Positions 54,601 to 64,000 of a DNA stretch of 64,000 nucleotides are shown here, in pieces (the stretch's first letter is position 1; every line of letters starts with the position of its first letter). The notes below the pieces were generated by a model, which ran no database searches, was not told the DNA's origin, and saw nothing but the letters and a program-made list of their open reading frames with translations. The DNA is from Bugula neritina (Eukaryota; Animalia; Bryozoa). The position numbers and the translations under genes were made by a program. The stretch spans positions 1,178,001 through 1,242,000 of the forward strand of contig OZ037766.1 in NCBI GenBank assembly GCA_964035545.1, written 5' to 3'.

Positions 54601-56416
54601 AATAAACCACTGTGCTGTGAGTATCGCCATTTAAGGCATTTGAAATTACTAAATATTATTATGTTTTAATATACATATTATATTATTTTTATGACAACAA
54701 ACAAAATAGCTTTTATAATAATTATAGATCATCTATTTTTAGAGCAAAATCAACCATGCACTGTGTGAGCATACTTTCATGGCATTCAAAATGATTCTAC
54801 ATTATGTTTCTTATTATTACAGACTAGATGTGTTCACTGATAAAGAGTTCAGAAACCTGTTGGAAACTGACAGTGCTATCAGTATCCATGAAGGAACCAG
54901 ACTGTTTGGAGAACTGGGAATTTCAACCAGCACCTCAGATCTGAGAGTTTCACCAAAAGACTGCAAGCTGACTCCAACAAGCAATGCTAATGACCCAGCT
55001 GCTCAAATGGTTATCCAGAATGGGTAATACTTGTAGTTTCACATATCATATAATACATACAAAAATACCAATACCTCAGCAGCAAATTTCCTTGTTTTCA
55101 TTTTGATAATAGTAATACCATTACATCATTTTTTACTTTTGGCATACCAGTATATAAGTAGAAAGCTTGAAGTTTAATATATCTGCATTGTATGAAACTA
55201 TTACGTACAGCAGTTACAGTTTCTTCTATATACCACTAGAAAGTAAAGACAATATTTTAATGCATGATATCAAGGCAGAAGATATTAAATTATGTCTTAG
55301 TTGAAGATTTTCAAATCTCTCTAAGTGTACATTATGAAATTTACCCCAAAATTTAAAGCAGTATAGATGGAAGTAAACTAAATAAAGCATTTGTTTACTC
55401 AACATTTGACTCATATAAAGTCAAAGTCAAGTAATAAATTGTGCTTGCCAAAGTTTAATTAAAACTAATATTGGTCATCATTTTATCTATCTATAATGAC
55501 TGATGGCTATATAGAAACACTATTTTAATAATATATTATACAGAAGCAAAAAATGCTGCCTTGTTCACCACAGCACCTTAACATCTGTTCTGGTGGTTTT
55601 AGATGTCGGACTGGATACTTGGCTACGGTACTGTCCAGTAACAAATTTCGTATGCTTTCAACTAGTTTTGTATCTCATACATCAAAGAACAGCTACCTTC
55701 ATTGTTCCGTGAACATCTGTGACCCTGATAATATGTCAAGGTAAATGTAGCTTCTAGCAAGATGAGCTGTAACTAAAGGTGACATTAATTAACATGACTG
55801 ATTCTTAAGTTTTATTGGATTAAGTCTTAAAAAAATTGATTGATTGATTGATTGATAAACTATTTTATCAATCAAAATCAATATAATATTATAATCATGC
55901 CAAGTTCAAGCACTTTGATTTTTAACAGTAACTGTTCTTTTTTCAAATATTTCATGCTATTAGTTTGTTAATGAAGTAACTAATATCTTAAAATCAGTGA
56001 CTGCATTAATCAGCTAAACAATCGGTAAAATGTTATTTTTATGAAATGGTAGAAGAATTTAACGTTTTGTGTTTCACACTAACACACAATTTTCTGTTCC
56101 ACTTTTCTAGTATTATTTTCTCAGAATTTACCAAGAGGAAATTATTTAATAATTGCTAGCAAAGCTCTCGATGATACTAGTTTTATAAAATATAGGCATA
56201 AACTTTATGCTTTGAGATAAGCGTGCATGGTCAATATGCACTTTGCAGTGTTTCTAATGAGTTATCAGTAAAACTCAATAAATATTGCCTACAATTTCGT
56301 TAAACTCCTACAAATAGTTTGTACTATCAACCTACCAACTCTGATGTTTCTCTGCTGTTTGTAGATGTGAGAGAAATTGTCCTCCCCTGTCAGACATTGG
56401 GAATACTCTTGGTTAA
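42612..56416 (+). CDS. Gene 3: SRCR-EGF-EGF-ZP-FReD-ZP paralog, 19 exons, +1 frameshift in a C16 run of exon 3 (null allele or homopolymer error)
   Basis: Exons 42612-42683, 43422-43486, 44008-44133, 44586-44705, 46430(or 46427)-46552, 47037-47156, 47269-47447, 49808-50004, 50341-50523, 50928-51103, 51657-51875, 52326-52457, 52604-52726, 53085-53213, 53563-53801, 54194-54399, 54823-55023, 55603-55740, 56365-56416. All other exons are open with intact splice sites. Exon 3 is 126 nt where 3n+2 is required, giving TAG at 44072-44074. Confidence 0.85.
44750..45075. repeat. Degenerate TACACTGTATA-type tandem repeat after exon 4 of gene 3
   Basis: Repeated ACACTGTATA/ATTCTACATAC units; a shorter homologous tract follows exon 4 of gene 1 (~10170-10325). 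Confidence 0.8.
47561..48340. mobile_element. piggyBac-like MITE in gene 3 intron 7
   Basis: TTAA|CCCAATTCACTGCTCCAATTGTACGTTAC ... GTAACATACAATTAGGGCAGTGAATTGGG. The right-hand TTAA is not preserved. Confidence 0.6.
47585..47815. mobile_element. ~230-bp fold-back (hairpin) element nested in the left end of the piggyBac-like MITE
   Basis: ATAAACTGCATCAACTGCTAGCA pairs with TGCTAGCAGTTGATGCAGTTTAT; imperfect pairing extends over nearly the whole length. Confidence 0.7.
48460..48845. repeat. Inverted-repeat element with internal ~15-bp subrepeats
   Basis: CATGGCCTAGTCTGGAG (~48551) pairs with CTCCAAACTAGGCCATG (~48694-48710); flanked by AAAATAGACA-type repeats on the left and GTCTATTTT-type repeats on the right. 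Confidence 0.55.
51156..51478 (-). repeat. Partial tandem dimer (~225-bp period) carrying two tRNA-like sequences, antisense in gene 3 intron 10
   Basis: Reverse strand TCCCCGTGGTGTAATGGTTAGCACACTTGCTTGCAAGCCAGAGGTGTCAGGTTCGACTC (A and B boxes) present twice. Stems are imperfect, so this is a SINE/pseudo-tRNA rather than a tRNA gene. Confidence 0.7.
52027..52210. repeat. ~92-bp tandem duplication in gene 3 intron 11
   Basis: CCTTTGAATAAATCATA...GGGTAAAAAAATT occurs twice back to back. Confidence 0.9.
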
Positions 56417-58310
56417 AGTAGTATACATCTGCAGACGTACTACAGTGAATAATTCTGTTTTGACTTTCATTTTATTCGCTTTCAGTGTTCTTATCAATAA
56501 CGCTTCCAGATCACACTAAAATATTATTTACCTACTAGTATTATGAATTTTTTGATCGTTCATTTATACCTGTGCCAAGTTGGTTTTGTATATCTTACCT
56601 ATAGCTATTCTGGATTATGGATGCCACTCAAACTACAAGTATTATATGTAGAAGTGTTATAGAGTATATTATAGTGCTGTGGTTAAACTTTCTTACTGCT
56701 TAACATTTATAGGTCAAAATTGCTTTTAGTTTTCCTAAATATTATAGTTATTTCATGCATTATAAATATTATATATTGAAATACATATTAATTTGCAAGA
56801 AATGATATTGGATATTATCTATGTATATATAACTTCAAAGTTTAACAATTGACAAATATGTTTTTATGAAGTTAATACTGAAATATTGGTAGTAATTAAT
56901 TAGAAGCAAACACTTTGCTCTTGCCACAACAGAAAATAAACTGTTATGTAATATTAGCAGAACAAGCAGCAGCAGCAGCAGAAATAGTAGTTTACCATAA
57001 GATATAAGCATGATATAAGGCAGTCAATATATTTTGTTCAGATAAATCTTTTTCCGATAACACAGTCAATTTAATTGATTCTTTTTTCAAATATAATAGC
57101 ATTTGAATAGCTCATACAATATAGGGGCTATTTAGATGATATATAATATGATATAAAAATTGCAATATTAGCGTAATATTATCATGGCTCAAATTGCATC
57201 TGAATTTCACTATTTATTTCATATAGTTGGTTTTAATAGAAAGCATGCAATAACATATTTTTTCAGCAAGGGAAAATATTGTTTTTGAAAAAAATAATTC
57301 ACAATCATCCCGTTTCTACAACGAGTCTAGCTGAAGTTCTTGTTTCAACAACAACTTTGTCAATTAGATTACAGACAGAACATATGTGCATGAAGCTTGA
57401 AATTAAAATTTGCTCATGTATTTTATTGTTAAAATTAAAGTTGATAATGGAAACAATGATCAGCTAATAGACAAGCTACATAGTTTGTTGCTTATATGCA
57501 TGAGTTATCTTCTTTCCACTATATTTGTATCGAGTCGCTCATCGGTAATTTATATTTTTATCATGAAGTTTTCATCGAGTTTGTTCTGAGAGGTCAAGGT
57601 ACCTAAGCGTTTCCCGTTTATCATGTTTAAATTACAGCTGCAAGTGCAAGTCCCTAGAGGTAGATTACCAACTCCAAGTGTTGCTGAGTGTATTAATTAA
57701 AATTTAAATTTGTTGATAACTCACTAACCGAGGTTTTAAATTTTTTACCAAATATGCTATTGCTAGCATAAAACAAAAAAGGACTTCCTAACAATTATTA
57801 ATTAATTAATGCAGCATAATTATAATATTAAACCTTGCATATTCTAATAGTAATTCATATTCATATTGATTTTGATATTTCATTAATGATTATTTGCATA
57901 TTGATATTCATATTTATATTCATATTAATATTTACTAAAGTTATTTGTAGCAGACTGAGACTCAGTCTTATGTAGGTAGGTAAAGTCAAAGCCATCTGTA
58001 GTACTAATGGTAATACTAATACTAACAGTAACAGTAATACTAATAGCCTAATACTAATAGTAATAGGCTAGTAATTGAGTGATTTTTCTATTCATATTCA
58101 TATTGTAATTGTTATTTACTAAAATAAAATTATTATTATAAATAATATTAAACTTAAATATTTATATAAATGTTAATTCTAAGTCAAAATTATTCTTAGT
58201 CTTACCATTGACATTATGATAATCATTATCATTATGATGGTGATAATCATCATGATTATCACATAATGATAATAATTATTATTATGGTTATTATAAGTAT
58301 CAGTATCAAA

Positions 58311-58397
58311 CATCACCAAGGACCTTTGTCAGGGCTCGAACCCATGACTTCGTGCTTACTAGGCAAACGCTCTAACCTATAGACCACAGCTGCTCTC
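58311..58397 (-). mobile_element. tRNA-derived SINE head (same family as 20874)
   Basis: Reverse complement GCAGCTGTGGTCTATAGGTTAGAGCGTTTGCCTAGTAAGCACGAAGTCATGGGTTCGAGCCCTG. Confidence 0.75.
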
Positions 58398-58915
58398 TAT
58401 GTACTTTACTATACTCTTGGTTTTACTTTTATTACTGGAAATTTTGTTAAACCTTTTGGTAAAATATTTGATTAGACTTTTAACTAATTTAATTATACCT
58501 GTACAACAATTCTAAGTATCAGTATTACTATTACACTTACTGATCAAGGTTTATATTACTAAAAAGTTAGTCATTTAGTTTTACTGCTAAGAAATTTAAT
58601 ACTGTACTGGTGACAGTAGCAGTCATCACACTTATAGTTTACTGACTAAATCGTTGCATTTTTCAACACTTGCTTCAACATTTATTGGCTGCAAAAACAT
58701 TGCAAACTTTCACACACAAGTTTATGGGCTTTAATAACAATGTGGTATAGACTAAGAAACGGCACTTTTGTTGATATAAATTATTGTTCTAATTAATATC
58801 ATAGGCATAGTTACCTGCAGGCTCAGTATGTCTAAACACTGCATTGTTGTTACATTGAGCTTATGACTATTAGCACATCAACATTATAATTTTAACCATT
58901 GTATATCAATATTAA

Positions 58916-59003
58916 TATTAGTTATTGCCAATAATATTATTAGTTATTGCCAATAGTATTATTAGTTATTGCCAATAGTATTATTAGTTATTGCTGATAG
59001 TAT
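58916..59003. repeat. 22-bp tandem repeat, ~4 copies
   Basis: TTATTAGTTATTGCCAATAGTA units. Confidence 0.85.
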
Positions 59004-59116
59004 TTTCAATCTTTGGGTTGTCTCAAACTCACCAACCCAGTCACAAAGCACTGATTCATACTATACCAGCGAGAGTTTTACATTACTGTTTGGATTTTGC
59101 AGAACTCTCTTAAACC

Positions 59117-63611
<4,495 letters not shown>

Positions 63612-64000
63612 TAGTCTCAATTGTAGTTGTCTGCCCCTAATCCAAGTCTTGACTAAAAGCCACTTTATACTCATGTCAGTATAATAGAGGGAACAGCATT
63701 GCACTTTCAATTACAACTACCAGGTTTACAGGGTAGCAAAATGTTCACAGAAGATATTAAATTGTGTTGCTCAGTTTATTACTCATGGTGTTGCCAAATC
63801 AAAGTTTCCACAAATTGTTTTATAGTTTTTTTTATATAAATTCTTGAATTGTTTCTTAGCAAACAGTTTTGACAATTAAGTGGCTTGTTGGCTAATAATT
63901 AAGTTTCTTGAAAACTTCTGTGTGCACTCTGTAAGTTATGGTGTTCTCAGTCAGTGTATTAAGAGTTATCTTTTCTTTTTCCCTTAGAACCAAACTAATA

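Noticed and set aside
63980-64000. Strong polypyrimidine + AG as the next MBT exon
   Set aside because: The 12 available bases do not give the expected G-I-D continuation; this cannot be judged at the window edge.

Overview
AT-rich, intron-rich invertebrate (metazoan) genomic DNA. Most of the window (1-56.4 kb) is a cluster of four paralogous genes for a secreted modular protein: signal peptide - SRCR - EGF - EGF - ZP module 1 (ZP-C partly Cys-depleted) - fibrinogen-related domain (FReD) - ZP module 2, ending with no furin site, TM or GPI tail. I rebuilt three 19-exon + strand copies by hand from splice sites. Gene 1 (8179-16202) and gene 2 (19107-38185) are each 931 aa and open. Gene 3 (42612-56416) is frameshifted in a C16 run. 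A fourth copy (gene 0) runs off the left edge on the - strand and forms, with gene 1, a >=9.4-kb head-to-head palindrome with a 123-bp spacer. The paralogs are mosaics of one another, with relationships switching exon by exon and within exons; ZP2 is near-constant while the SRCR loop, FReD C-terminal half and linkers vary. Mobile DNA includes an intact young Mag-type Ty3/Gypsy element in a (TA)n tract of gene 2 intron 9, a solo LTR in the gene 1 promoter, a 2-kb hAT element, tRNA-derived SINEs (one split by a MITE) and nested MITEs. The last 5 kb hold the 5' part of an FCS-zinc-finger/MBT Polycomb gene (MBTD1/L3MBTL2/Sfmbt group), whose introns carry tandem repeats at splice sites, including a ~47-unit array of one 3' splice site. 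All gene models are manual, and no database searches were run.
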